Source: Clostridia bacterium (GTDB lineage Bacteria; Bacillota; Clostridia; JAAYHZ01). From it: 64,000 nucleotides of DNA. The position numbers and the translations under genes were made by a program. The stretch spans positions 128,001 to 192,000 of the forward strand of contig JBMNIH010000007.1 in NCBI GenBank assembly GCA_050950825.1. The letters run 5' to 3'. Positions 51,155 to 61,252 of the stretch are shown in pieces. The first letter of the stretch is position 1; each line of letters begins with the position of its first letter. The notes under the pieces were generated by a model. It was not told where the DNA came from. It ran no database searches and worked only from the letters and a program-made list of their open reading frames with translations.

Positions 51155-51274
51155 TCGACATATTGCATAGCAGTATGACATGAATCACCGTATAGCGCGG
51201 CTGCGGAAATCTAAAATTTCCGGCTATTTGGTGTGAATATATAAAAAAGTCAAATAAACGGAGGTGCTCATTGA

Positions 51275-51640
51275 ATGGCTCGTATTGCCGGAGTGGATTT
51301 ACCCAGGGAAAAGAGAGTTGAGATCGGTCTGACATATATATTCGGAATCGGCAGAACATCTGCAAAGAAAATTTTGGCCGAAACCGGTATCAATCCCGAT
51401 ACAAGGGTGAAGGACCTGAATGATGATGAAATTACGAAATTAAGAAATACGATTGAAAGAAATTATGTCGTCGAAGGTGACTTAAGACGCGACATCTCGT
51501 TGAATATTAAGAGATTAATCGAAATCGGTAGCTACAGAGGCAGAAGGCATAGAGCCGGTTTACCGGTTAGGGGTCAAAGAACAAAGACCAATGCCAGAAC
51601 CCGTAAGGGACCGTCGAAAACCATAGGAAGAAAAGCATAG
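51275..51640 (+). CDS. rpsM: 30S ribosomal protein S13
   Basis: [23 protein letters not shown]. Confidence 0.98.
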   Translation: MARIAGVDLPREKRVEIGLTYIFGIGRTSAKKILAETGINPDTRVKDLNDDEITKLRNTIERNYVVEGDLRRDISLNIKRLIEIGSYRGRRHRAGLPVRGQRTKTNARTRKGPSKTIGRKA

Positions 51641-51657
51641 AAAAGGAGGTAGGTTGA

Positions 51658-52050
51658 ATGGCACCTAGAAAGGTCAAAAGAACAAAACGGAGAGAAAGAA
51701 AAAACATTGAACACGGCGCTGCACATATCAGTTCATCGTTTAACAATACCATCGTAACGATTACGGATACGGCGGGAAATGCGTTGTCATGGTCTAGTGC
51801 AGGATCTTTAGGATTCAGAGGGTCCAGAAAAAACACTCCTTTTGCGGCACAGTCGGCAGCCGAACAAGCGGCCAGAGCAGCTATGGAACACGGTTTGAGG
51901 ACCGTTGAGGTTTACGTTAAGGGTCCCGGCGCAGGACGTGAAGCTGCGATCCGCGCACTGCAAGCAGCAGGTCTGGAAGTAAGTATGATTAAAGACGTTA
52001 CTCCGATTCCCCACAACGGATGCAGACCGCCTAAGAGACGAAGAGTATAA
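51658..52050 (+). CDS. rpsK: 30S ribosomal protein S11
   Basis: [19 protein letters not shown]. Confidence 0.98.
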   Translation: MAPRKVKRTKRRERKNIEHGAAHISSSFNNTIVTITDTAGNALSWSSAGSLGFRGSRKNTPFAAQSAAEQAARAAMEHGLRTVEVYVKGPGAGREAAIRALQAAGLEVSMIKDVTPIPHNGCRPPKRRRV

Positions 52051-52068
52051 GGGAGGTGTATTAGATCA

Positions 52069-52698
52069 ATGGCAAGATATACAGATGCTTCCTGCAGACT
52101 ATGCAGAAGAGAAGGGGAAAAACTGTTTTTAAAAGGTGACAGATGCTATTCGGATAAGTGTTCCGTAGTAAAACGCCCCTCTGCGCCCGGTCAACACGGC
52201 AGCCAAAGGAAAAAGGCTTCTGAACACGGGCTTCAAATGCGTGAAAAGCAAAAAGCAAAGAGATTTTACGGAATTTTGGAAAAGCAATTTGAAAGATATT
52301 ACGAAATCGCTTTTAATCAAAAAGGCGTTACCGGCGAAAACCTGTTAAAATTATTGGAAAGCCGTTTGGATAACGTTGTATATAGAATGGGTATCGGTGC
52401 TTCCAGAGCCGAAGCCAGACAAATCGTAAATCACGGACATATTATGGTAAATGGAAAAGTAGTCAATATTCCTTCTTACAGAACCAAACCCGGTGATGCG
52501 ATTGAAGTAAAGGATTCAAGCAAGGGATTAACATACTTTAAGAACTTGATTGAAGCGGGAAATACAAGGAATTTACCGAGCTGGTTGTCGTTCGATATGG
52601 CAAGTCTCAAAGGTGCCGTTTTAGCGGAATGCCCCAGAGAAGAAGTCGACCTGAATGTCCAAGAACAGCTCATTATCGAATTCTATTCGAAGAGCTAA
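52069..52698 (+). CDS. rpsD: 30S ribosomal protein S4
   Basis: MARY..C..CRREG, PGQHG, LE.RLDN. Confidence 0.98.
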   Translation: MARYTDASCRLCRREGEKLFLKGDRCYSDKCSVVKRPSAPGQHGSQRKKASEHGLQMREKQKAKRFYGILEKQFERYYEIAFNQKGVTGENLLKLLESRLDNVVYRMGIGASRAEARQIVNHGHIMVNGKVVNIPSYRTKPGDAIEVKDSSKGLTYFKNLIEAGNTRNLPSWLSFDMASLKGAVLAECPREEVDLNVQEQLIIEFYSKS

Positions 52699-52810
52699 AA
52701 TACGGTTGATCGGTTGCTTATTGCCAAATGAAATATTTAGGCAAAGTATTGTAGCATTGAAAAACTAAATCGGTCCCCGGATATCCGGGCTGATAGAGGA
52801 GGGTTTATAT

Positions 52811-53758
52811 TTGATAGAAATTGAAAAGCCAAAGATCGAATGTGTAGAAATGAACCAGAATAATACGTACGGAAAATTTGTAATCGAACCCTTAGAAAGA
52901 GGATACGGGATTACTTTAGGTAACTCTTTGCGAAGAATACTCCTGTCTTCTCTGCCGGGTTCCGCCGCTACGTCGATTAAAATTGACGGCGTGCTCCATG
53001 AATTTTCCACGATCCCGGGTGTAGTAGAAGATGTAACCGAAATAATCCTCAATATTAAGTCTTTGGCGTTTAAGATGTATACAGATGAACCTAAGACCGT
53101 ATATATTCAAGCTGAAGGTGCCAAGGTGATTACAGGTGCTGACATCAAGACAGATGCCGACATTGAGGTTTTGAACCCGGATGCGTATATCGCAACGTTA
53201 AATGAAAACGGCAAGCTGTACATGGAGATAACGGTGGAAAAATCCAGAGGCTATGTACCGGCCGAAAGAAACAAGGTACCGGGGCAGCCTATCGGAGTCA
53301 TCCCCATTGACTCGATATTCACTCCTGTAAAGCACGTAAACTACCGTGTGGAAAACACCCGTGTAGGAAAGGTTACCGACTATGACAGACTCATACTGGA
53401 AATAACGACGAACGGTAACATTAAGCCGGACGAAGCAATGAGCTTAGGTGCCAAGATTTTAAGCGAGCACTTAAAGCTGTTTATTGATTTGTCGGATCAT
53501 GCGAAGAACACCGAAATCATGGTCGAAAAAGAAGACGACAACAAGGAAAAAGTCCTTGAAATGACAATCGAAGAATTGGATTTATCGGTGCGCTCATACA
53601 ACTGCTTGAAGAGAGCAGGCATCAATACGGTCGAAGACTTGACCAACAAAAGTGAAGAAGAAATGATGAAGGTTCGAAATCTGGGTAAGAAATCCCTTGA
53701 AGAGGTATTAGGTAAGCTGGCCGAATTAGGCTTATCCCTCAGAAAAGACGAAGATTAA
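52811..53758 (+). CDS. rpoA: RNA polymerase alpha subunit
   Basis: [28 protein letters not shown]. Confidence 0.98.
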   Translation: MIEIEKPKIECVEMNQNNTYGKFVIEPLERGYGITLGNSLRRILLSSLPGSAATSIKIDGVLHEFSTIPGVVEDVTEIILNIKSLAFKMYTDEPKTVYIQAEGAKVITGADIKTDADIEVLNPDAYIATLNENGKLYMEITVEKSRGYVPAERNKVPGQPIGVIPIDSIFTPVKHVNYRVENTRVGKVTDYDRLILEITTNGNIKPDEAMSLGAKILSEHLKLFIDLSDHAKNTEIMVEKEDDNKEKVLEMTIEELDLSVRSYNCLKRAGINTVEDLTNKSEEEMMKVRNLGKKSLEEVLGKLAELGLSLRKDED

Positions 53759-53796
53759 CCCGATTTCAAAAAGACCTAAGAAAGGAGTATATGACA

Positions 53797-54348
53797 ATGG
53801 CCTCACACAGAAAACTTGGGAAGCCTACGGATCAAAGAATGGCTCTTTTAAGAAACCAGGTTACGGCTTTATTCGAAAACGGACGAATTAAAACCACTGT
53901 TACACGAGCAAAAGAGGTGCGCAGCATCGCCGAAAAGCTGTTAACTCTTGCCGTGCAAGAGTGCGATAACTATACAACAAAACAAGTAAAGGTGACGAAA
54001 GCCAAGCTCGATTCTTCAGGCAAAAAAGTTTTGAAAGAAGTCGAATCGAAACACGGAAACAAATACATGGTCGTTGACCGCGAAGAAACCACGGAATTGA
54101 GAACCGTTGACAGTCCCTCCAGGCTGCATGCCAGAAGACAGATTTTAAGATGGATTAATGACGTTAAGGACGAAAACGGCGCTCGTAAAAAGATCGTTAA
54201 CAAGATCTTTGACGAAATCGCTCCCCGTTACAAGAACGTCAACGGCGGTTACACAAGAATTTATCAATTGGGACCCCGTAGAGGAGACGCTGCGGAAATG
54301 GCAATTCTCGAACTGGTATCCGTTGAAACCGAAAAAGCGGCAAAATAG
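53797..54348 (+). CDS. rplQ: 50S ribosomal protein L17 with internal insertion
   Basis: RKLG, I.TT..RAKE, LHARR, GGYTRI, RRGDAA. Confidence 0.96.
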   Translation: MASHRKLGKPTDQRMALLRNQVTALFENGRIKTTVTRAKEVRSIAEKLLTLAVQECDNYTTKQVKVTKAKLDSSGKKVLKEVESKHGNKYMVVDREETTELRTVDSPSRLHARRQILRWINDVKDENGARKKIVNKIFDEIAPRYKNVNGGYTRIYQLGPRRGDAAEMAILELVSVETEKAAK

Positions 54349-54350
54349 AT

Positions 54351-54393
54351 GATGAGAGGGACTTGCTCCTAAAAGACGGTCCCTTTTCATTTT
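54351..54393 (+). terminator. Terminator ending the alpha operon
   Basis: atgagagggac-N16-gtcccttttcat-tttt. Confidence 0.7.
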
Positions 54394-54485
54394 ATTATCG
54401 GCGGATGACTGACATAATTTCACACCGAAAAATTATTGACGGATGTGAAAAAATCCGCTATAATAAACACGCAAACGAGAGTTGT

Positions 54486-54568
54486 GCGAAGATGGTGGAA
54501 TTGGCAGACACGTACGTTTGAGGGGCGTATTCGCAAGAGTGAGGGTTCGAGTCCCTTTCTTCGCACCA
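54486..54568 (+). tRNA. tRNA-Leu(GAG)
   Basis: Cloverleaf with variable arm, loop ttGAGgg, CCA end; promoter TTGACG(54436)-17-TATAAT(54459). Confidence 0.95.
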
Positions 54569-54572
54569 CAAC

Positions 54573-54617
54573 AAATACGGTACCGAACTCGAAAGAATCG
54601 GTTACCGTATTTTTTTA
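54573..54617 (+). terminator. Terminator after tRNA-Leu
   Basis: aaatacggtaccga...tcggttaccgtattttttt. Confidence 0.75.
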
Positions 54618-54700
54618 TTGCCGAAAATAACGCCGGCATGACGAACGAAAGCTTGCCGTGGTATACTAAAAATATCATGAAGGGTACCGGAGATTTGGAA

Positions 54701-55183
54701 ATGATAAACGGAATCATACATTGGTGTAATGCCAACAGCGGCTTTCTTTTGGCCGTATTATCATTCATAGGTCTTGTTCTAAGCGCTACGGCAATTATCG
54801 TCTCAATTCGTACCGCCAAGCTCCCGTATATGAAAAAGCTGCTATTATCGGGTTCGATTCGGATCGACTCCGCCGGTAAAGAAGCGGAAATTTCCGCTGC
54901 CAATGTGGGCAACCGAGCAATCAAGCTTACATATATAGGCTATGCAGTGAAGAGAAGCAATGAACTCTGTAAAATAAACAGCTTGGACGGTCTTGATTTT
55001 GACGGCTCCGTTATGCCTGCCGATTTAATAAGCTTTCGATTTCATGCGGATGAAATTATTAAAGATTTATCCGGGGATGGCGAGAGTGTGCCCTTGTTTC
55101 TTTACGCAACGGATACGGAAGGAACGGAATATGTGAAACGATACGGAACCGTAGGAGAGCTTTCAAGGAAATTAAAAGAATAG
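54701..55183 (+). CDS. Hypothetical membrane-anchored protein
   Basis: ATG after GGAG; single N-terminal TM helix; the upstream part of the listed ORF overlaps tRNA-Leu and is discarded. Confidence 0.65.
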   Translation: MINGIIHWCNANSGFLLAVLSFIGLVLSATAIIVSIRTAKLPYMKKLLLSGSIRIDSAGKEAEISAANVGNRAIKLTYIGYAVKRSNELCKINSLDGLDFDGSVMPADLISFRFHADEIIKDLSGDGESVPLFLYATDTEGTEYVKRYGTVGELSRKLKE

Positions 55184-55242
55184 CAAAGCATAAATCCTTT
55201 TGCCATATTTTTATTTTAAGATACAAGAAAACCGGAGGTAAT

Positions 55243-56007
55243 ATGAAAGACATCAATGGGAATAAGATAAAGGTGCTATCCATTGGCAACAGCTTTTCAA
55301 GGAATGCACAGACCTATTTGCACAAAATCGCCGAAGCGGACGGCGTGGATATGATCGTTGCCAATCTGTACATCGGAGGTTGTCCGTTGGAGCTTCATTG
55401 GATGAACGCATCGACGGATAATAAAGCGTATCTTTACACAAAAACGTACGTGGAACCGAGAGAGGCCGCAACCATTAAAGAGGCGTTAATCGACGAAGAA
55501 TGGGATTATGTGACGTTTCAGCAGAAAAGCGGCTACAGCGGTCTTGTGGAAACGTATTTTCCGTATTTGACGAACCTTATTGAATATGTGAAGGAATACG
55601 CGCCTTCCGCATGCCATGTTATCCACCAAACGTGGGCGTATCAAGAAGGGTGCGACTGGGAAGGGTTTTCTTTCTACGGCAGATCGCAAAAAAGGATGTT
55701 TCAAGCCTTGAAAAAGGCATACGGTTTTGCCTCGGAAAGAACCGGCATCGATATGATTCTTCCGGTAGGGGAGGCTTTTCAAATTGCACGAGAAAGATTG
55801 GGCGATTGCTTGTGCTTGGAGGACAAATCCCATGCGGCAGCCAACGGCTGCTACTTGGCCGGGTGCGTTTGGTACGAGGTTTTAACCGGCAATCTTGTCA
55901 AGGATAATTTTTTTGTACCGGAGGAGGTCGCCCTCGATCAAATACCGATTTTGAAAGCATGTGCTCACGAAGCGGTATCTTTGTACAGGAACGGTTATCC
56001 GAAATAA
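55243..56007 (+). CDS. DUF4886-family SGNH-hydrolase-like protein
   Basis: L.IGNSFS, NLYIGG, WD.V..QQ.S, HQTWAY, D..H. Confidence 0.85.
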   Translation: MKDINGNKIKVLSIGNSFSRNAQTYLHKIAEADGVDMIVANLYIGGCPLELHWMNASTDNKAYLYTKTYVEPREAATIKEALIDEEWDYVTFQQKSGYSGLVETYFPYLTNLIEYVKEYAPSACHVIHQTWAYQEGCDWEGFSFYGRSQKRMFQALKKAYGFASERTGIDMILPVGEAFQIARERLGDCLCLEDKSHAAANGCYLAGCVWYEVLTGNLVKDNFFVPEEVALDQIPILKACAHEAVSLYRNGYPK

Positions 56008-56070
56008 AAAGTATCTCAAGCGTTGTTTGCTATAAGTAAATAAAATAAAGCGGAGTAGGAAAGGGCGGCT

Positions 56071-57329
56071 ATGATCCAGCATAAAAAGCTTGTGATTGCC
56101 GGCCTTTTACCAAAAAAACATTTTATTAAATCACTCGAGAAAAAAGGCTTTATTTTGTTTAAGAAGGAAGCCTACGGTATATAGATATTCTAAAGCTTGT
56201 AAGCGAAGGTAAATGCGATACGTCTTTGGGGAATATCGTAGGAGCGCCGTATGCAACCTGTATTCTCCCTCCGGCACCCAATCAAATGCCGTCTTCCGGG
56301 CAGAGACCGTCAAAAGACTATGATTCTGATCACCGGCATTATCCGCCCAATGTGGATTTTGTCATGCCGGAGGTACACTATAAGCTGCGTCCGGACGAGG
56401 CTATAGTTCTGATCGGACAAACGCCTCCGCCGGCAGTCTATTTTGGCTTCAGAAGCTATCTGGCGTTAGTTGAAAATAAGCCTGATAAAGACTACCGGGA
56501 TACCGTTACGGCAGGCGATAGCCGCAAGGGTTATTACCACTTTATAGGAGCCGGTTTAGGCGACCGGATTAACGATGACTCTATCCGGACCGATAAGACT
56601 CTCTACGGAGCCCCCGGAAATCTTTCAACGCTTCAACAATCATAATCACCACTGCCGATAAAAAAATAAACCGGCATATGCGTGATGCTTTGAACGATTC
56701 CGGCTTTAGCCCCGGTATTATTAATGATGACAATATTCCCATAGACTCGGTTAATATGGGATTGGAAAAGGTAAAGATCACTTTTCGTTTGTTATGAGGG
56801 CTAACATTTTTCAAGATACGGAAGTAGGCCGGGATTATATCTATAACTTGGAGAGATATTTTACGGTGTTACGCATTACCCCAAAAGGTCGTACACGCCT
56901 TCACACTCATGGCCCATACCGGAGCTTAAAGCGAAAGAAGTTTGTACGACTGAATTCAGAGTTATTCCTACTGCAAGGAATACGTTGGATTATCTTAGAA
57001 ATCAAATTATTTGTAAATATAAAAATATGGGATATGATGCCATTGATTTGAACTTTAATATCGCGGTTCCTGATAACTATGAGGGTATATTACAGGATGT
57101 TAACCTTTGGATCGATAATAGAGATACGGTCTATATTAAATCGGAAAGCTTCGAATTAGCTACCGGAGATGATTTTGTAATTGTATATGGCGTCGATAAC
57201 ACACAAACGGGATTTGCGACTTTCATTAACATTAGCTTGTATGGGGAGGAGCTTTGGAACGGTGTGGCAGGAACCGTGTTTACAAATGAACACCGGTACC
57301 CCGCCGATGAATATTACCATACCTTATAG
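56071..57329 (+). pseudogene. Degraded gene of unknown function with several frameshifts
   Basis: Consecutive coding-like fragments change frame near 56160, 56620, 56770 and 56885 (ORFs 56226-56645, 56794-57051, 56985-57329). Confidence 0.65.
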
Positions 57330-57533
57330 TACCGACAACCCCAAAGGGTCGGCTTATTGATATTATATGAGGCCACGCAATCCTATTTACAAAAGAGAAA
57401 AGACACAGTCCGGCTCACTGAAAGCTTAAAGACGTTCCCTCCCGGAAAAGAATGAAAAATCGGCATTGTAGGTAATGCCTTCCATACTATGCCGATTTTT
57501 GTACTATCCAATTGAGGATATTTTATTTTATCG

Positions 57534-59438
57534 TCAAATGGTATTTGCCACTTCAAAGCCTTCCGAGGATGCATCCAAGACTCTTCTCGGAGACAAGGCG
57601 TCTCCTACCGTATACACTTCCTTGAAATGCTTCTTCAATTCTTCCGCTAAGGCCGTGTTGGCTCGATAGCCTACCGCCACCACGATACTGTCTACGGCGA
57701 TGGAGCCGTGTTCCAAAACGACTTTTCCTTTTTCCGCCCCGACTACCTTGGAGTTTAAGTGACTGATTACGCCTTTTTTCGTTAAGAAGGAAAGGTTATG
57801 CCCGATGTATGTGGCACCGTAATCCTTGCCGATGGCGTCAAGCGCTTCCACGATGTGAACGTTTTTGTTTTGTGAACATAAGAACTTCGCCGTTTCCGCT
57901 CCCACCAAGCCGCCGCCGATTACCGCAACGGTATTACCCACTTCTACCTTTTGAGTAAGAACATCCTCCGCCATAACGACATGAGCACCCGGAGCGATGG
58001 GGAAATTAGGAGGTGATTGGGTAGCGCCGGTAGCGACGATGACCACATCCGGATTGTAGGGCTTTAGCTGTTCGGGAGATGTGACGTTAACCAATTCGAA
58101 CTTCACGCCCAACCGGACCATTTGGTTGTAAAGGTAATCTCTGAATTTGATAAAGGTATCTTTTTCGGGAGGAATGGATAAAAGCTCCAATTTTCCTCCG
58201 ATGCGGTCCACCTTATCCAATACGATAACGTCATGGCCTCTTAATTTGGCAATTCTTGCGGCTTCCAAGCCGGCGGGTCCTGCACCGATAATGACCACTT
58301 TCTTTTTGTGTTTTGCCGGGATGACCTTTCTTGTCAATTCGTATCCCGCTCGAGGATTTACCAAGCACTTGGCGCCTTGCCCTATGAATACTTTATCGAT
58401 ACACCCTTGGTTGCAGGCGATGCAGTAGCGGATGGATTTATAATCCTTGTTCTTTATCTTTACTACCAATTCTTCATCGGCAATAAGTCCGCGGCCGATC
58501 GCTACCATATCCGCCTTGCCCGATTCGACGATATCTTCGATTAATTCCGCGCTGTTTAATCGTCCCGCCACGATGACCGGTATTTTCACCTGCTTCTTCA
58601 CTTCTTCGGCATACTTGACCAAGAAGCCTTGGGGGATAAACATGGGCTGAATAATGTATTCCACGCTGTCGTAGCTTGCGGCGGATATACTGATGGCATC
58701 TACGCCAAGTTCTTCCGCCATGATGCATATCTTTTTCGCTTCTTCGAAGGTAAGACCGTCATTCAAAAATTCATCGATACTGATACGTATCGTAACGGGA
58801 ACTTGTCCCTTCACTTCGTCCATAACGGCTTTCAGTACTTGGAAAGGATAACGGGCACGATTTTCCAAGCTGCCTCCGTATTCATCGGTCCTTTTGTTGC
58901 TATGAGGAGATAAAAAGCTGTGCAGCAAATAACCGTGAGCAAAATGTACTTCAATTAAGTCGAAGCCGATATCTACCATACGCCTTGCGCCAATTACAAA
59001 GGCATCTAAAATACGTTTGAAGTCCTCCTTGTTCATTTCTCGAGGATCATTGCCCAAGATGGCACAAGGAATGGCGCTGGGAGCTACCGGTTGAATTCCG
59101 GTAACGGCTTGGGTAGCCTGTCTTCCTGCATGATACAATTGTGCTCCAAACAGAGAACCGGCTTCATGAATTTTGTCAACGAGGGTTTTCATGCCGGGTA
59201 GCAAAGATTCGTCGTAAGAACAAAGCTGAGTCGGAAGGCCTCTGCCTTCGGGAGTTACGGCGATGGAACCGGAGATAATGATACCCACGTCATTCTTGGC
59301 CCTTTCCACAAGAAATGCAGTTATACTGTCGTTAATACCTCCGCCGAATGAAGCATGGCCGTTTTCCATAGGAGCCATCATGAACCTGTTTTTGATCTCG
59401 AGATTTCCGATCTTAATGGGAGTAAATAACTTTCTCAT
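57534..59438 (-). CDS. NADH:flavin oxidoreductase (Old Yellow Enzyme / 2,4-dienoyl-CoA reductase family, FMN + Fe-S + FAD)
   Basis: NR..MAPM, QL.HAGR, H.AHGYLL..FLSP..N.RTDEYGGS, CIACNQGC, GAGPAG. Confidence 0.92.
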   Translation of the reverse strand: MRKLFTPIKIGNLEIKNRFMMAPMENGHASFGGGINDSITAFLVERAKNDVGIIISGSIAVTPEGRGLPTQLCSYDESLLPGMKTLVDKIHEAGSLFGAQLYHAGRQATQAVTGIQPVAPSAIPCAILGNDPREMNKEDFKRILDAFVIGARRMVDIGFDLIEVHFAHGYLLHSFLSPHSNKRTDEYGGSLENRARYPFQVLKAVMDEVKGQVPVTIRISIDEFLNDGLTFEEAKKICIMAEELGVDAISISAASYDSVEYIIQPMFIPQGFLVKYAEEVKKQVKIPVIVAGRLNSAELIEDIVESGKADMVAIGRGLIADEELVVKIKNKDYKSIRYCIACNQGCIDKVFIGQGAKCLVNPRAGYELTRKVIPAKHKKKVVIIGAGPAGLEAARIAKLRGHDVIVLDKVDRIGGKLELLSIPPEKDTFIKFRDYLYNQMVRLGVKFELVNVTSPEQLKPYNPDVVIVATGATQSPPNFPIAPGAHVVMAEDVLTQKVEVGNTVAVIGGGLVGAETAKFLCSQNKNVHIVEALDAIGKDYGATYIGHNLSFLTKKGVISHLNSKVVGAEKGKVVLEHGSIAVDSIVVAVGYRANTALAEELKKHFKEVYTVGDALSPRRVLDASSEGFEVANTI

Positions 59439-59620
59439 CGTATGCCAACTCCTCCTTCTCAAGAGTTATAGACCGGGGTGGGAACCCGATATGCTTACTA
59501 TTAGTATACCATATATGAGCTATAAGGTATCATTTACAGCACGCTTTATTTTATTCGCCGGAAAAACGAATACAATGGTATAATGATGATCGATGAAGAA
59601 GACATATAAGGACGGTTTTT

Positions 59621-61033
59621 ATGGATATAAAAGAGATTGTAAAAAGCTCCGGAGTCGATCGCGGGACGATTCGATTCTATGAAAAAGAAGGCTTGATTAC
59701 TCCAAGGGAATCCGAGGACGGGCGCAAGGATTACTCGGAGGAAGACCTTCAAAGGATTTTGAGAATCAAGCTTCTTATCGGTCTTTTGGTTCCCGTTGAG
59801 GACGTGAAAGGGCTTGTTGAGGGCACCAAGGAATTGAAAGAAGTCTTGGAAGCTCAAATTGAAAAGCTGGAAAAGGAAACCTTCGATGTTGCTTTTGCAC
59901 CGGATATATGCCGAGCCGTATTGGAAGAAAACGTGTCCTTCGACCGGTTGGATGCGAAAAAATATATCCGTCGAATCCAAAAAGAAGTCGAAGAAAAGTA
60001 CCGAAAAAAGGATGAGAAGAAAGAAGCGACGGAAGGAGCCCAAAAACCTTGGCTTCGGTTTTTGGCTCGATTATTGGACTATTTTTCCTATGAAGTGTTA
60101 TGGTCCGTTCTCCTTGTTTTTGTATTTCATGTTCGCTTGTCGGATCGATCCGTAGGAGGAAATATACTGGATACGGCAATATCGGTTATTCTGATGCTAT
60201 TGATCGAACCCCTTTGGCTTCGTTTTATTGGGACAACCCTTGGAAAAGGAATTCTCGGAATTCGGATTACGGCAAAAAATCAAGAGCATCTTACCTATAA
60301 ACAAGGATTTATCCGTACATGGAAGGTAATCGGCAGTGGGTTAGGGTACTTATTCCCTATATACAACTTGGTTTGTCTTTGGAGAAGCTACAAAATGTGC
60401 AGCGCCAAAGAGACCTTACCTCAAGATAAAGAAGTTCGATATACCGTAAAAAAATCAAAATGGTTTCGAGGAATTTTATATATCTTGGTTTTTTGGGCTC
60501 TCATCGCTCTTCTTTTAACGTCGGACGCTTACCAAAAGCTTCCGCCTCATCGAAGGGATTTGACCGAAGCGAAATTTTCGGAAAATCGAGAATTTTATGC
60601 GATGATGTTAACCGATGAGGATATGCTCAACAGCGCTCCCGAATACGAGCTTATTATTGAAGGCGGTTACGTGACCGGTATCGTATGGGAGACGGATATT
60701 CGGAATACGAATGAAAAGATCTACTCCTACGACGCATATATGATACCCGGTGCTCTCGCTCTTTTAGGAGCGCAGGATGAAGCGGGTTTGTTTTCGGAGA
60801 TCCCCGATAAAGTAAAGGACTTTATCGCTTCCCATCCTTTTGAGAATTTTGAGATTGAGGAAGCGGGAATCCGAATTAAAAATGAAGTTACTTATTCGGG
60901 TCTTTCCTTGGAGGTTACGAATAAAGTCGGGAAGGGATATAGCAAAATCGTCTATTGTCTATACCCGGAAGAATATGAACCCGAAAACCGTTATTTTCAA
61001 AGGTTTGCCGTAATGAAAGCCGACAATCACTGA
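59621..61033 (+). CDS. MerR-family HTH fused to an RDD membrane domain and a probable extracellular tail
   Basis: TIRFYEKEGL..P, Y...D; PW.RF.AR..D and GTTLGK..LGIR RDD motifs; TM helices. Confidence 0.82.
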   Translation: MDIKEIVKSSGVDRGTIRFYEKEGLITPRESEDGRKDYSEEDLQRILRIKLLIGLLVPVEDVKGLVEGTKELKEVLEAQIEKLEKETFDVAFAPDICRAVLEENVSFDRLDAKKYIRRIQKEVEEKYRKKDEKKEATEGAQKPWLRFLARLLDYFSYEVLWSVLLVFVFHVRLSDRSVGGNILDTAISVILMLLIEPLWLRFIGTTLGKGILGIRITAKNQEHLTYKQGFIRTWKVIGSGLGYLFPIYNLVCLWRSYKMCSAKETLPQDKEVRYTVKKSKWFRGILYILVFWALIALLLTSDAYQKLPPHRRDLTEAKFSENREFYAMMLTDEDMLNSAPEYELIIEGGYVTGIVWETDIRNTNEKIYSYDAYMIPGALALLGAQDEAGLFSEIPDKVKDFIASHPFENFEIEEAGIRIKNEVTYSGLSLEVTNKVGKGYSKIVYCLYPEEYEPENRYFQRFAVMKADNH

Positions 61034-61052
61034 AATATCATTTAAAAATACG

Positions 61053-61083
61053 AAAAGAGCCGAAAGAATTCGGTTCTTTTTTT
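61053..61083 (+). terminator. Intrinsic terminator
   Basis: aaaagagccgaa-agaa-ttcggttcttttttt. Confidence 0.8.
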
Positions 61084-61252
61084 GCAACGACGTTACGGAT
61101 AATTGCGAGTCGGGGATTCGAAAGGCGAGTATTTCAATATATTGAAATCTTGGTAATAGTATTATGAAATTCATATGTGTTTGGATTCTTCGGATTAACT
61201 GTCCGATATAGGCATCGATCATCATATGGATAGATAGTAAGGGATAGACGTA

